A stretch of DNA of 64,000 nt. Origin: a bacterium. Its GTDB lineage: Bacteria; Zhuqueibacterota; Zhuqueibacteria; Oceanimicrobiales; Oceanimicrobiaceae. The stretch is taken from the NCBI GenBank assembly GCA_037446635.1, contig JBBIIG010000006.1:10625-74624 (forward strand). The letters are read 5' to 3'. The notes below the pieces were generated by a model, which was not told the DNA's origin, did no database searches, and saw only the letters and a list, made by a program, of their open reading frames with translations. Positions 29,899 to 40,319 of the stretch are shown here, one piece after another. Both the position numbers and the translations under genes were made by a program. Position 1 is the first letter of the stretch. Every line of letters begins with the position of its first letter.

Positions 29899-30036
29899 CA
29901 GAGATAAATACGTGATTATAAATCGCAAGTGTTACGAGTGTGGGAATTTGGCCGGTGCGCTGCCTTTGCTTGCCTCTACGCAGGTTGCTCGTTCAAATGG
30001 GACTGCTTCGGTCCGGCCTTTTGTTTTGACCCATGT

Positions 30037-31293
30037 TTAAAGATGTTCAATTGACAGGATGGTGATATCGTCCCAGCGGTGGCCCGGCCGGCTGAATGTT
30101 TTGGCCGCTTGGGTAAGGTGATCGAAGACGAGGTCAATCGGCTGCCGCCCGGTTTCGTGCAGCGCCTTCTGCATCCAGCCCGAGTCAAAATGTTCCTGGT
30201 TTTGGTTTTCGGCTTCGCTGAGGCCGTCGGTGTACAAGAGCAGGCGGTCGCCCTTTTTTAGCTCCACCACCACTTCCTCGCCGGGTTTATAAAGCTCGCC
30301 GTTGGCAACCCCCAACAACAGGCCGTTGGCCGGCACGCGCTCAACCTTGAGGTCTCTGGCGCGAATATGAAACGGGTAAGGCACGCCGCCGTTCACAATG
30401 CGGCAGACACCGCTGCGGGTGTCCACGGTTGCCGCCATGGCGGCGACGAAAAAGCCTTTGGGAAGAATCGGATAAAACGCTTTGTTCATGGCGGCGAGGA
30501 TTTCCGCGGGCGCGATCCTTGCGTCTCGGAAGCTGGAAAATACCGATTTCAGCAGCACCGTAATCAGCGCCGACTGGATGCCGTGGCCGGTGACGTCCGC
30601 AATCACGACGCCGATTTTTTCATTGGCGAGGGGAACGACGTCATAAAAATCGCCGCCAATTTCCAGTGTCGGCAGGTATTTCGCGGCAATCGAGATGGCG
30701 TTGATCTTGGGAAAATTTTGCGGCATCATACTCAACTGCACACTCTGCGCCAGCCGCAGTTCCTCTTTCAGCAATTCATTGTCGAGCGCCAGGCGGTCGC
30801 GTTCCAACAAAATGCCATCCAATTCTTTAATTTTTTTCTGCAGTTGAATCTTTAAATCTTTTTGAGCGAGCCCGTTGCGGATCACTATCTTGAGGTGATC
30901 GTTATCCCACGGTTTTTCGATGTATTGAAAAATTCCCACTTCGTTGATGGCTTTGATGGCGTTTTCTTTGTCCGCGTAACCGGTGAGCAGGATCGGGGAA
31001 ATTTCCGGATAGAGCCGCTTCGCCTCTTTTATTAATTTGAGGCCGTCCATTTCTGGCATGAGAAAATCCGAGATCAGCACGTCGGGCGGCGTAATTTGAA
31101 TGTTCTCTAAAGCCTCGAGCGGCGACTCGAAGGTGAGGACCTCGTAATCCGTTTCAAAGCGCAGAAACGAGGAAACGGTTTTGGTGACGATCTCTTCGTC
31201 GTCCACCACCACAATCAGCGGCGGACGTTTTCGCTGCTCAGCGGCCTCAGCCAGACTGAACGCTCCCGATTGATTTTGAATGGATTGATTCAT
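30037..31293 (-). CDS. Response regulator fused to PP2C/SpoIIE phosphatase
   Basis: VVDDE..ISDFLMP receiver; IGGDFYD, ADVTGHG, YTDGLSE, DDITIL. Confidence 0.93.
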   Translation of the reverse strand: MNQSIQNQSGAFSLAEAAEQRKRPPLIVVVDDEEIVTKTVSSFLRFETDYEVLTFESPLEALENIQITPPDVLISDFLMPEMDGLKLIKEAKRLYPEISPILLTGYADKENAIKAINEVGIFQYIEKPWDNDHLKIVIRNGLAQKDLKIQLQKKIKELDGILLERDRLALDNELLKEELRLAQSVQLSMMPQNFPKINAISIAAKYLPTLEIGGDFYDVVPLANEKIGVVIADVTGHGIQSALITVLLKSVFSSFRDARIAPAEILAAMNKAFYPILPKGFFVAAMAATVDTRSGVCRIVNGGVPYPFHIRARDLKVERVPANGLLLGVANGELYKPGEEVVVELKKGDRLLLYTDGLSEAENQNQEHFDSGWMQKALHETGRQPIDLVFDHLTQAAKTFSRPGHRWDDITILSIEHL

Positions 31294-31532
31294 ACTTCCA
31301 ATGTCAGCCTGCTTTAAAAAGCGGACGGCTTGGCTCTGTTATGAATTTGGGTTAGCGAATTGAGTCAAACTCGAAGAGTTGATGGGCGTGAAAAACCTGC
31401 GCGGCTTTTTCGGCCACGTAAGACTACGAATTTCTTAAAGAAAAAGCAAGTTAATTTTGAAGGATTGGTTTCCCCAACGAGCAAGAATCCGGCGGAGTGA
31501 AACGCTTAAGCGTTTCACTCCGCTAGACAAGC

Positions 31533-34500
31533 TTATTCCGTCGAAGTCGTGCGATCCGCCCGATCCGGATAACTCGGCTTCGGCATTTTCTGCGGCGGAT
31601 TCTTTTGCAGCATCTCCAAGATCACGGCGATGGCTTTTTCCAATTGCGGGTCGCGGCCGGATACCAGCTCGTGCGGCGCATTTTCGACGTCGTAATCCGG
31701 CTCCACGCCGTGGCCTTCCACGTCCCACTTGCCTTCGGTGTTGAAGAAACCGAACGTTGGCGCAGAAACGAAGCCGCCGTCAATGGGCTGGGGGTTGCCG
31801 CTGATGCCGATCAGCCCGCCCCAGGTGCGTTTGCCCACCAGCGGGCCGAGCCCGGCTTTGCGGAAGTAGTAAGGAAAGGCATCGCCGCCGGAGCCGGCCC
31901 AGCCGTTCACCAGCATTACTTTCGGGCCGGTGTGAGCCACAAACGGCGTCTGCCAGTCACGGTGATCGCGGCGTCCCCAGTAATTGTAAATGGGGCGATT
32001 CAAAAGCTCGATGAAGCGATCCGGAATCTGGCCGCCGCTGTTGAAGCGTTCGTCGATGATGAGGCCGTCTTTGATGCGCTGCGGGGTGAACTGCCGCACC
32101 AGCTCGTTCTGCCCGTTGATGCCGGTGTCCGGCACATAAACGTAGCCGACTCGTCCGCCGGTGGCTTCCTCAACTTTGCGGCGATTGTTTTCGATCCACG
32201 CCAGGTTGCGCAGCCGGAACTCGCTGGCGAGCGGCTTCACCACCACTTCGCGGGCGCCGGTCATCGAGGGTGTGGAGTTGATGGTCAAGGTCGCCACTTC
32301 GCCGGCCAACCCCTGAAATGCCGCCCACGGATCTTTCGAGGTATCCACCCGCAAACCATTCACCGCCAGCAGGTAGTCGCCTTCTTTGACATTCACGCCG
32401 GGTTCGCGCAGGGGCGAGCGCGGCTCGTCGTCCCAGGCCGCGCCTTCGTAAATTTTTTTGAAGCGGTAGGCGTTGCCGGTTTTGTCCAATTCAAAATCGC
32501 AGCCCAGCAAACCCACCGAGACTTTTTTCGGTTCTTCGAGATCGCCGCCGCCGACATAAGCGTGGGAGGCGTTGAGCTCGGCGATCATCTCGCCGATGAC
32601 GTAATTGAGATCGGCGCGGTCCACTACGAAGGGCAGCAGCGCGGCGTAGCGTTTTTTGATGGCGGGCCAGTCCAAACCGTGCATCGCGGGGTCATAGAAA
32701 AAGTCGCGCTGCACGCGCCAGGCCTCGTTGAAAATTTGCGTCCACTCCTCCTGCGGGTTGATCCAGGCTTCCAATTTGTCGGCGGCGATTTTGCCGTCGC
32801 CAACTTTTTTGTCCGCGGCCAGCTCGACGATGCCGTAGGTGTCCTTGCTTTTGTAAATCACTTTTTTGCCGTCGGCGGACAGCTCGTAGGTGTCGATGCC
32901 GGAGAGGACGGTTTTTTCTTCGCGCTCTTCGAGGTCAAAATATTTCAGCGTACCAGAGGGTTCGCCGGGTTTGGCCGCGCCCTGCGCCGGGTACTGTGCA
33001 TAAACCACTTTGCCCTTCACCGCCCGCAGCGGTCCGACGTTTTGCGTTTCAGCGAGTTTCACCACCCGGGTCTCGAACCCATCAAAATCAATCTTAACGG
33101 GCTCGATTTTCTTCTCATCCTCCTTTTCCTCGTTCTCTTTCTTGGAATCTTTTTTCTTGTCTTTATCCTTATCTTTTGCCTCAGCCTCAGCTTCTCCTTC
33201 TTCATCACTGCGAGGCGCGAGCGGCGAGGGCAGGTCTTTTCTTAACGTCGCGGCATAAACATTGGTGGCGTTGGGATAGACCCAGGTGGCGTCGAGGTCA
33301 GAGTACACCGGGCGGAAGGCGCGGTCGGAATAAAAGTAAAGATACTTGCCTTCGGGATCGAAAACCGGATTGGTATCATTGTAATACGCGCTGGTCACCT
33401 GACGTGCGAGATTCTGATCGGTATCAAAAATGAAGATGGCATTATTGGTGTTGGCCAGCGATTTGGCATACGTAATCCAGCGGCTGTCCGGCGACCACGA
33501 GTAGCTGCCCATGTTGGACCATTCGTTGCGGTCCACCAACTTCGGCTGGCCGTCGGCGACATTCAAATAAAACAAGTTGCCGGCTTTGTCGCTAAACGCG
33601 ATGCGTTTGCTGTCCGGCGACCACACAGGCCGGTAATAGTAGGTCTGGCTGCCTTTGGTAATCTGGCGCTCGCTGGTTTTGCCCGCCTCGGCGGGCTTGC
33701 CATCGCCGGGACGAATGTACAACTCGTACTCGCCGCTGCGGTCGGAAAAATAGGCGACGTGCTTGCCGTCGGGCGACCACGTCGGATACCGCTCGGCGAC
33801 CCCCGAGGAATTGGTCAAATTTCGCACGCTGCCGTGTTTTTCCGGCACGGTGAAAACTTCGCCGCGCGCTTCAAACAGGGCGCGCTTGCCGCTGGGGGAG
33901 AGGGAAAAATTTTGAATGTTCTCCGCCACGTTTTTGAGGTCGGCGCGCGCTTGCGGCAAATCCGCCGGCACCCGCACCTCGATGGGTTTGGCGGTTTCGG
34001 TTGCGAGTTCGAGCACGTGCAGCTTGCCGCCGTTTTCAAACACGATGGCCTCGGGCCCGAGGCTCGGCCATTTTACGTCGTACTCGGTGAAGGTTGTGAC
34101 TTGCCGCGTTTGTTGCGTGTTAAGGTCATACGCCCAGATGTTCAGCTTCTTGCGATCGTCGCGGTCAGAAAGGAAATACACGGTGTCCCCGTGCCACATG
34201 GGCAGGGCGTCGGTGCCCTCGAAGTCAGTGAATTTTTCGGAGGTGTTATTTTTGAAATCGTAAAACCAGAGGTCGCTGGCCCAGCCGCCGCGATAGCGTT
34301 TCCAGGTGCGAAACTCCCGCGACTGAATTTGAAACGCGATGCGGCTGCCGTCGGCGTTGAAGCTGGCCAGTTCCCCGTATTCCAGTGGAAGCTGCTCGGG
34401 AAGTCCGCCGGTAGCCGGTTGTTTAAACAGACGATTGAAGCGAAAAGACGGGCTGGTCATCAGCGAGCGGTACAAAACGTTTTGGCCGTCGGGATACCAT

Positions 34501-34853
34501 TCCACCACCAAATCGTTGCTGGGGTGATGGGTGAGCCGGACGGGCGCGCCGCCGGTGCTGGGCATGACATAAACATCGGTGTTGCCGTCGTAGTTGCCGC
34601 TGAAAGCGATCCAGTTGCCGTCGGGGGAAAATTTGGGAAACAACTCCTGTCCCTTTGGCGAACTCAACTTGGCTGCCGTGCCGCCGTTTTTGGGAACGGT
34701 CCACAAATCGCCGGCATAGACGAACACAATGCGGTCGGCGCTGATATCCGGGAAGCGCAGCATGCGGGCGTCGGGGGTTTCGGGCAATGTCATTTGCGCC
34801 CGCAGGATCGCGCTGACAAAACAAAACAGCGCTGCGGTGAGTAGTTTTTTCAT
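31533..34853 (-). CDS. Tricorn protease homologue (S41, PDZ)
   Basis: LRFPDI, WKRYRGG, ELNASH, DERFNSGG, AGSGGD, RTWGG, EGHGVEPD. Confidence 0.95.
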   Translation of the reverse strand: MKKLLTAALFCFVSAILRAQMTLPETPDARMLRFPDISADRIVFVYAGDLWTVPKNGGTAAKLSSPKGQELFPKFSPDGNWIAFSGNYDGNTDVYVMPSTGGAPVRLTHHPSNDLVVEWYPDGQNVLYRSLMTSPSFRFNRLFKQPATGGLPEQLPLEYGELASFNADGSRIAFQIQSREFRTWKRYRGGWASDLWFYDFKNNTSEKFTDFEGTDALPMWHGDTVYFLSDRDDRKKLNIWAYDLNTQQTRQVTTFTEYDVKWPSLGPEAIVFENGGKLHVLELATETAKPIEVRVPADLPQARADLKNVAENIQNFSLSPSGKRALFEARGEVFTVPEKHGSVRNLTNSSGVAERYPTWSPDGKHVAYFSDRSGEYELYIRPGDGKPAEAGKTSERQITKGSQTYYYRPVWSPDSKRIAFSDKAGNLFYLNVADGQPKLVDRNEWSNMGSYSWSPDSRWITYAKSLANTNNAIFIFDTDQNLARQVTSAYYNDTNPVFDPEGKYLYFYSDRAFRPVYSDLDATWVYPNATNVYAATLRKDLPSPLAPRSDEEGEAEAEAKDKDKDKKKDSKKENEEKEDEKKIEPVKIDFDGFETRVVKLAETQNVGPLRAVKGKVVYAQYPAQGAAKPGEPSGTLKYFDLEEREEKTVLSGIDTYELSADGKKVIYKSKDTYGIVELAADKKVGDGKIAADKLEAWINPQEEWTQIFNEAWRVQRDFFYDPAMHGLDWPAIKKRYAALLPFVVDRADLNYVIGEMIAELNASHAYVGGGDLEEPKKVSVGLLGCDFELDKTGNAYRFKKIYEGAAWDDEPRSPLREPGVNVKEGDYLLAVNGLRVDTSKDPWAAFQGLAGEVATLTINSTPSMTGAREVVVKPLASEFRLRNLAWIENNRRKVEEATGGRVGYVYVPDTGINGQNELVRQFTPQRIKDGLIIDERFNSGGQIPDRFIELLNRPIYNYWGRRDHRDWQTPFVAHTGPKVMLVNGWAGSGGDAFPYYFRKAGLGPLVGKRTWGGLIGISGNPQPIDGGFVSAPTFGFFNTEGKWDVEGHGVEPDYDVENAPHELVSGRDPQLEKAIAVILEMLQKNPPQKMPKPSYPDRADRTTSTE

Positions 34854-34904
34854 GACTCCTCCAGAAAAATTGGGATTAGAGTTGGATTATTTGAGTTGCA
34901 CTTG

Positions 34905-34932
34905 TTAGACGAAGAAAGTCGGCCAAAGGTTG
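34905..34932 (-). promoter_or_regulatory. Putative ECF sigma promoter upstream of tricorn protease
   Basis: Minus strand CAACC-N16-CGTCTAA, about 50 nt before the ATG. Confidence 0.55.
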
Positions 34933-35063
34933 TTTTACCTTTGAAATTTAAAACGCAAGGGGTGTGATTCCGGAACATCGCGGCGAGAAAACGATTGCCG
35001 CCGACCTGACGGTTCGAAATTTCGTAATGGGCATCCCGATTATTTAGAACAATGGTGAATCAT

Positions 35064-36695
35064 TTACAAGATGGAGATGTTTTCCTTTACGGGTAGTTCA
35101 GTATGATCCACTACCGTCACGGGACGCTCGACCTCGCCCGGGGTTGGATTGTAAAAAGGCGAATACCGACCGACCGCCTCCGGGTCGCCGTGGGTTTTGG
35201 TGATATATTCGTGAAAATGTTTGTGCAGGGTCATAAACGAAGTGGCTTCCACAAATTTGCGCACCGAAGCGTGGCCGCGGAAACTTTCGCGCAACGTATT
35301 GATGAAGAACCGCCGCCGTTTTTTATTTTTAGTAAAGATAAAGTGGCGGGCGATGTTGAATAAAATTTTCGGCGTCTTCCTTGTGGTAAACGGAAGATTT
35401 TGCCGAAAGCGTGTCAGGCCCGGAGTAAAATTTTGCAGCGCGGTGACCAGCCGTTTCGAATAGTTGTCGTAGGCATAGAGGGCGCGAATGAGCCAATTGT
35501 AGCCGTTAAGCAGTTCCTCTCGCGTCATCAATTTGGGGACGAAGTTCAAATCGGCGGCGCCGTGCGCTAATTGATTTTCGTAATTGTACTCCAGCAAGCG
35601 GCCTTCTCGTTTCATGCGCTCGTAGAGGGGAGTTTTTTCGATGGCCACCAGCACGCCGCAGGTGGTGAAGGGAATGCCGGCTTCCATCAAAAAATCAAAT
35701 TGTTCCTGAAAGATGTTTTTGTCGTCGTGATCAAACCCAACAATCATGCCCGCAATCACGACGATGTTATAAGACTGGATTTTGTGCACGTCGGCGACAA
35801 TGGAGCCGTGGGTGTTCTGGCGCTTGTTGGTTTCCAGGAGACTGTCTTTGCGGGGGGATTCGATGCCGATGAAGATGGTTTCAAAATTGGCCGCCTGCAA
35901 AAGGCTCAGCAGTTCATCTTTGCTGGCTAAATTCAAGGTGGCTTCGCAGGCAAAGGTGATGGGATAGTTATATTTCTTGCAGAAGTTGATCAGCTCGTGC
36001 GTGAGCTCTTTGGCGAATTTGGTGTTAGCGATATAGTTGGCGTCGCTGAAGGTGACGTATTTCACGCCCAACTCGCGCAGCTTGTTGACCTCGGTCATCA
36101 CCTGCTCGATGGATTTCACACGCGGGATGCGGCCGTCGGTGATAATGATATCGCAGAATTCGCAATCAAAGGGGCAGCCGCGGGTGGTTTGCACGTAAAA
36201 GGCCTGGTAGGACTTCGCGTCCAATTTCTCGAACGCCGGCACCGGCGAGTCGGCCATGCTCACCTTTTCTTCCTGAATATAAAAATCTTTGTGGCGGCCA
36301 TTTTTGAAGTCGTTCAAAAATTCCGGCCAGATGTACTCGCATTCGCCGGAGATGACGGTATCTACGTACGGCCGTACGCGGTCCGGGCAGAGGGAGGCGT
36401 AGGGTCCGCCCAGCGCCACGTGCTTGCCGCGCCGGCGGAACTCGGCGGCGATTTCATAGGCCCGTTTGGCTTGCACATTGAACGCCGTGAGCGCAATCAG
36501 GTCGGCGTCGGTGTCAAAGTTGATGGCTTCGATTTCCTCGTCGTAAACTTCCATCTCCCAATCCTGCGGGGTGAGCGCCATCGCAGTTGCGAGCCCAAGA
36601 GGAGCAAAGGCGGTTTTCACACCGGTGATGGGGCGGATGCCGCGGAAACTCCACAGCGTATCCGGAAATTGCGGGTGAACATACGCGATTTTCAT
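35064..36695 (-). CDS. B12-binding radical SAM protein (DUF4070-type C-terminus)
   Basis: PLGLAT, LGGPYAS, TTRGCPFDCEFC, FIGIES, GMIVGFDHD; likely start ATG 36695. Confidence 0.9.
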   Translation of the reverse strand: MKIAYVHPQFPDTLWSFRGIRPITGVKTAFAPLGLATAMALTPQDWEMEVYDEEIEAINFDTDADLIALTAFNVQAKRAYEIAAEFRRRGKHVALGGPYASLCPDRVRPYVDTVISGECEYIWPEFLNDFKNGRHKDFYIQEEKVSMADSPVPAFEKLDAKSYQAFYVQTTRGCPFDCEFCDIIITDGRIPRVKSIEQVMTEVNKLRELGVKYVTFSDANYIANTKFAKELTHELINFCKKYNYPITFACEATLNLASKDELLSLLQAANFETIFIGIESPRKDSLLETNKRQNTHGSIVADVHKIQSYNIVVIAGMIVGFDHDDKNIFQEQFDFLMEAGIPFTTCGVLVAIEKTPLYERMKREGRLLEYNYENQLAHGAADLNFVPKLMTREELLNGYNWLIRALYAYDNYSKRLVTALQNFTPGLTRFRQNLPFTTRKTPKILFNIARHFIFTKNKKRRRFFINTLRESFRGHASVRKFVEATSFMTLHKHFHEYITKTHGDPEAVGRYSPFYNPTPGEVERPVTVVDHTELPVKENISIL

Positions 36696-36859
36696 AGACA
36701 ATTCCTTAAAAAAATTCATGCCGCCACAAGGCGGGGACTGACAGCCCGGTCTGGCGTTATTTAGAAGGGTGAAAAAATGTGGTTAAGAAATTAATAAAAT
36801 TCTCCTATTTGTCAAGACTTTTCTCTGATTTGGGATGCTGATACGCGGCCAATAATGTG

Positions 36860-36888
36860 TTGACTTTCACTGCTAAAATTAATATATT
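36860..36888 (+). promoter_or_regulatory. sigma70 promoter for tRNA-Leu-tig operon
   Basis: TTGACT-N17-TATATT followed by GC-containing discriminator. Confidence 0.7.
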
Positions 36889-36900
36889 TTTGCCGCTTTT

Positions 36901-36982
36901 GCGAGAGTGGCGGAACTGGCAGACGCGCTAGACTTAGGATCTAGTGCCGAAAGGCGTGTGGGTTCGAGTCCCTCCTCTCGCA
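36901..36982 (+). tRNA. tRNA-Leu(TAG)
   Basis: Acceptor GCGAGAG/CTCTCGC, anticodon arm CTAGA-ctTAGga-TCTAG, long variable arm, GGTTCGAGTCC. Confidence 0.97.
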
Positions 36983-37022
36983 CATTTTTGTTTTGAGTTT
37001 ATTGAATTTCTGAAGGCAGATT

Positions 37023-38330
37023 TTGGAAACGAAAATTATAAAAGAAGGAAATACCAAACGCCGCATTGAAGTGGAGGTTCCGCAGGCGGAGCTGCAACCC
37101 CACTTCGACGCCGTTTACCGATCCTACCAAAAGAACGTTAAGCTCAAAGGCTTTCGCAAAGGCAAAGCGCCCCTCGGGTTGATCAAAAAACTTTTTAATG
37201 AGGAGATTCAAAGCGAGGCCATCGACGAGGTGGTGCAAAACGTTTTCAAAGGGGTCACCCAAAAGGAGAATCTGCGGCCGGTGGCGCCGGCAAAAATCGA
37301 CGACCTGCACTACCACCCGGAAGGCAGCCTCCACTTCGTGGCGACCGTCGAGGTGGTTCCCGAAATCGAGATTAAAAACTATCGCGGCCTGGCGGTCGAG
37401 AAGGAAATTTACGAAGTGGGCGATGACGACGTGGCGGCGGCGCTGGCCGACCTGCGCGAGGAGATGGCGGTGATGCAGCCGGTGGAAGACGCCGCACAGT
37501 TCGGGCACTTTATCCTCGCCGATTTTCAGGAAGTGGATATTTCCGGGGCGCCGCTCATCGGCAAAAAATATGGCGACCAATTTTTTCAACTCAACCAGGA
37601 CGGCGACGATTTCAATAAACAAATCTCCCAGCAACTTTTAGGCGTGAAGCCCGGCGAAACCCGGCGAGTTGAAGTTCTGCCCATGCGCACCGACGCCTCC
37701 CAGTCCAACCAGCCGGGGTGGTTCAACATTTTCGTCAAAGAAATTAAGGCGAAGCAGTTGCCGGAGTTGGACGATGAGCTGGCCAAAGATGTCGGCGATT
37801 TCGAGAACCTCGATCGCCTTAAAGCGGATATCAGAGAGAAGATTGCTCGGCGGAGTCAGGCCAACAATCGGCGCAAATTATACGACCATCTTATCGATGA
37901 GCTGCTCAAACAGAATCCCTTCGATCTACCGGAGGCGATGATTACCAGCTACCTCGACGAGGTGGTGGAGGGTGCCAGAAAAGATAACCAGCAGCCTATC
38001 GATGAACAGGCGATTCGCGAGCAATACCGCCCGCTGGCAATCTGGAGTTTCAAGTGGGAGCTGGCCAAAAACAAGATCATCGAAATGGAGAACATCACCA
38101 TTTCTGAAGAGGATAAAAAAGCTTACATCCAGCGGCTGGCGGCGGAACGCAATGTCGATGAACAGAAAGTGTGGAATTCCATAAAGGCTGCGCGCGATCA
38201 AAAACGTTTCGAGGACGATGTTTTGGAGTCGAAGGTGTTGCAGTTTTTGGAGCAGCACGCTCAAATCAGCGAGCGCAAAGTCACCCGCCGCGATTTGGAG
38301 CGCGCGAAAGAATTGGCGATTGCCAGGTAA
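37023..38330 (+). CDS. tig: Trigger factor
   Basis: GFRKGKAP ribosome-binding signature, LPELDDELAK; position before clpP. Confidence 0.93.
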   Translation: METKIIKEGNTKRRIEVEVPQAELQPHFDAVYRSYQKNVKLKGFRKGKAPLGLIKKLFNEEIQSEAIDEVVQNVFKGVTQKENLRPVAPAKIDDLHYHPEGSLHFVATVEVVPEIEIKNYRGLAVEKEIYEVGDDDVAAALADLREEMAVMQPVEDAAQFGHFILADFQEVDISGAPLIGKKYGDQFFQLNQDGDDFNKQISQQLLGVKPGETRRVEVLPMRTDASQSNQPGWFNIFVKEIKAKQLPELDDELAKDVGDFENLDRLKADIREKIARRSQANNRRKLYDHLIDELLKQNPFDLPEAMITSYLDEVVEGARKDNQQPIDEQAIREQYRPLAIWSFKWELAKNKIIEMENITISEEDKKAYIQRLAAERNVDEQKVWNSIKAARDQKRFEDDVLESKVLQFLEQHAQISERKVTRRDLERAKELAIAR

Positions 38331-38373
38331 AAGTGTAATTAATAATTTTGAGATAATTTAGAAAGAGAAAACC

Positions 38374-38994
38374 ATGGGACTTGTACCAATTGTAGTTGAG
38401 CAGACGGGCCGCGGCGAGCGCGCCTACGACATTTTTTCGCGCCTATTGAAAGAGCGCATCATTTTTCTCGGCAGCGCTATCGACGACAACGTCGCGAGCT
38501 TGTGCATCGCGCAAATGCTGTTTCTCGAGGCCGAAGATCCGGAGAAAGATATTTCCATTTACATTAATTCCCCCGGCGGCTACGTTTCCTCTGGGCTGGC
38601 GATTTACGACACCATGCAGCACGTCAAGCCGGACATCGTGACGTATTGCATGGGCCAGGCCTCCAGCATGGGCGCGATCATTCTGGCGGCCGGCAAAAAG
38701 GGCAAACGCTTTGCCTTGCCCCACGCACGGGTGATGATTCACCAGCCGTTGGGCGGCGCCCAGGGCCAGGCGTCGGATATTGAAATTCACACCAAAGAAA
38801 TTTTGCTTATCCGCGAAAAACTCAACGAGATTCTGGCGTATCACACTGGCCAGCCCATCGAGAAAATCGCCAAAGACAGCGATCGCAATTTCTTCATGTC
38901 CGCCGAAGACGCCAAAAAATACGGCCTGATCGACGATGTGATCGACCGCAAAGGCCTGGCCAAAAAGATGTCGAAAAACGGCGAGAAAAGATAG
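38374..38994 (+). CDS. clpP: ATP-dependent Clp protease proteolytic subunit
   Basis: [31 protein letters not shown]. Confidence 0.98.
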   Translation: MGLVPIVVEQTGRGERAYDIFSRLLKERIIFLGSAIDDNVASLCIAQMLFLEAEDPEKDISIYINSPGGYVSSGLAIYDTMQHVKPDIVTYCMGQASSMGAIILAAGKKGKRFALPHARVMIHQPLGGAQGQASDIEIHTKEILLIREKLNEILAYHTGQPIEKIAKDSDRNFFMSAEDAKKYGLIDDVIDRKGLAKKMSKNGEKR

Positions 38995-39008
38995 GAGCCC
39001 GGACCGCA

Positions 39009-40256
39009 GTGGCCGAGAGAGATTACAAAGATCAAATCATCACCTGTTCCTTCTGCCGGAAAAATTCCAACCAGGTGGATTGCATTGTCACCGGGCCGGA
39101 CGTGTTCATCTGCAACGAATGCGTCAAAAGCGCCAGCGACATCATCAAAGACGACGCCGTGCGCCGCGGCAAATCGTTTCGCGATCAGGAATTTTTACCA
39201 GCGGATATCAAGCAAGCGCTGGATGATTACGTCATCGGCCAGGAGGTCGCCAAAAAAAATCTCGCGGTGGCGGTGTACAATCATTATAAGCGCGTCCGCT
39301 CCGCCAGCGCCTTCGATGACGTCGAAATCGAAAAGAGCAACATCCTGCTCATCGGCCCCACCGGCACCGGCAAAACTCTGTTGGCGCAAACGCTGGCGCG
39401 CTTTCTCCACGTGCCCTTCACCATCGCCGACGCCACCACCCTCACTGAAGCTGGCTACGTCGGCGAGGACGTGGAAAATATTTTGGTGCGGCTGCTGCAA
39501 GCCGCCGATTACGATTTGGAAAAGGCGGAGCGCGGGATCATTTACATCGATGAGATCGATAAAATCTCCCGCAAAGACGGCAACCCCTCCATCACCCGCG
39601 ATGTTTCCGGCGAGGGCGTGCAGCAGGCGCTGCTGAAAATGTTAGAGGGCACGGTGGCGGCGGTGCCTCCCAAAGGTGGGCGCAAACATCCGGAGCAAAA
39701 TCTCATCAATATCAATACCAAAAATATTTTATTCATTTGCGGCGGCGCTTTCATCGGTCTCGACAAAATCATCAGCGGCCGGCTGGGCAAGCGCAACATC
39801 GGTTTTGGCGCCGATCTCGGCAAGTCTCGTTTAGACGACAAGGGCAACGTCCTGCGCCACGTGGAGCCGGAAGATTTGCTGAAATTCGGATTGATACCGG
39901 AATTTGTCGGCCGTCTGCCCATCGTCGCGGTTTTGGACGACCTGAACGAAGACGCCTTGCTCGATATTTTAGTGAAGCCCAAGAACGCGCTCACCAAGCA
40001 ATACAAGCGCCTGTTCGAGATGGACGATGTGGAGCTGGAGATTGAGCAGGACGCCCTGACGACGATCGTGAAGCTGGCGAAAAAGCGCGGCGCCGGCGCG
40101 CGCGGACTGCGCGCCATTTTCGAGGACATCATGCTCGACCTGATGTACGACATCCCCTCTCGCCGAGATATCAAACAATGTATTCTTACCAAAGATTTTG
40201 TCTTGAAAAAAGCCCCGCCCAGTTACGATTATAAACAGGTCAAGAAAAGCGCTTAG
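39009..40256 (+). CDS. clpX: Clp protease ATP-binding subunit ClpX
   Basis: CSFC..CNEC zinc finger, [21 protein letters not shown] loop. Confidence 0.98.
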   Translation: MAERDYKDQIITCSFCRKNSNQVDCIVTGPDVFICNECVKSASDIIKDDAVRRGKSFRDQEFLPADIKQALDDYVIGQEVAKKNLAVAVYNHYKRVRSASAFDDVEIEKSNILLIGPTGTGKTLLAQTLARFLHVPFTIADATTLTEAGYVGEDVENILVRLLQAADYDLEKAERGIIYIDEIDKISRKDGNPSITRDVSGEGVQQALLKMLEGTVAAVPPKGGRKHPEQNLININTKNILFICGGAFIGLDKIISGRLGKRNIGFGADLGKSRLDDKGNVLRHVEPEDLLKFGLIPEFVGRLPIVAVLDDLNEDALLDILVKPKNALTKQYKRLFEMDDVELEIEQDALTTIVKLAKKRGAGARGLRAIFEDIMLDLMYDIPSRRDIKQCILTKDFVLKKAPPSYDYKQVKKSA

Positions 40257-40319
40257 TCGATCCGCAGCTCTGTCTGCTTCGCGGGCGGAGAAATTCTAAT
40301 TTTCAAAATCAAAAAAAAT

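Noticed and set aside
33105..33210. K/D/E-rich low-complexity repeat
   Set aside because: Ordinary charged linker within the tricorn protease
31605..34844. 546-aa and 361-aa plus-strand ORFs
   Set aside because: Antisense to the tricorn protease, which has all expected motifs
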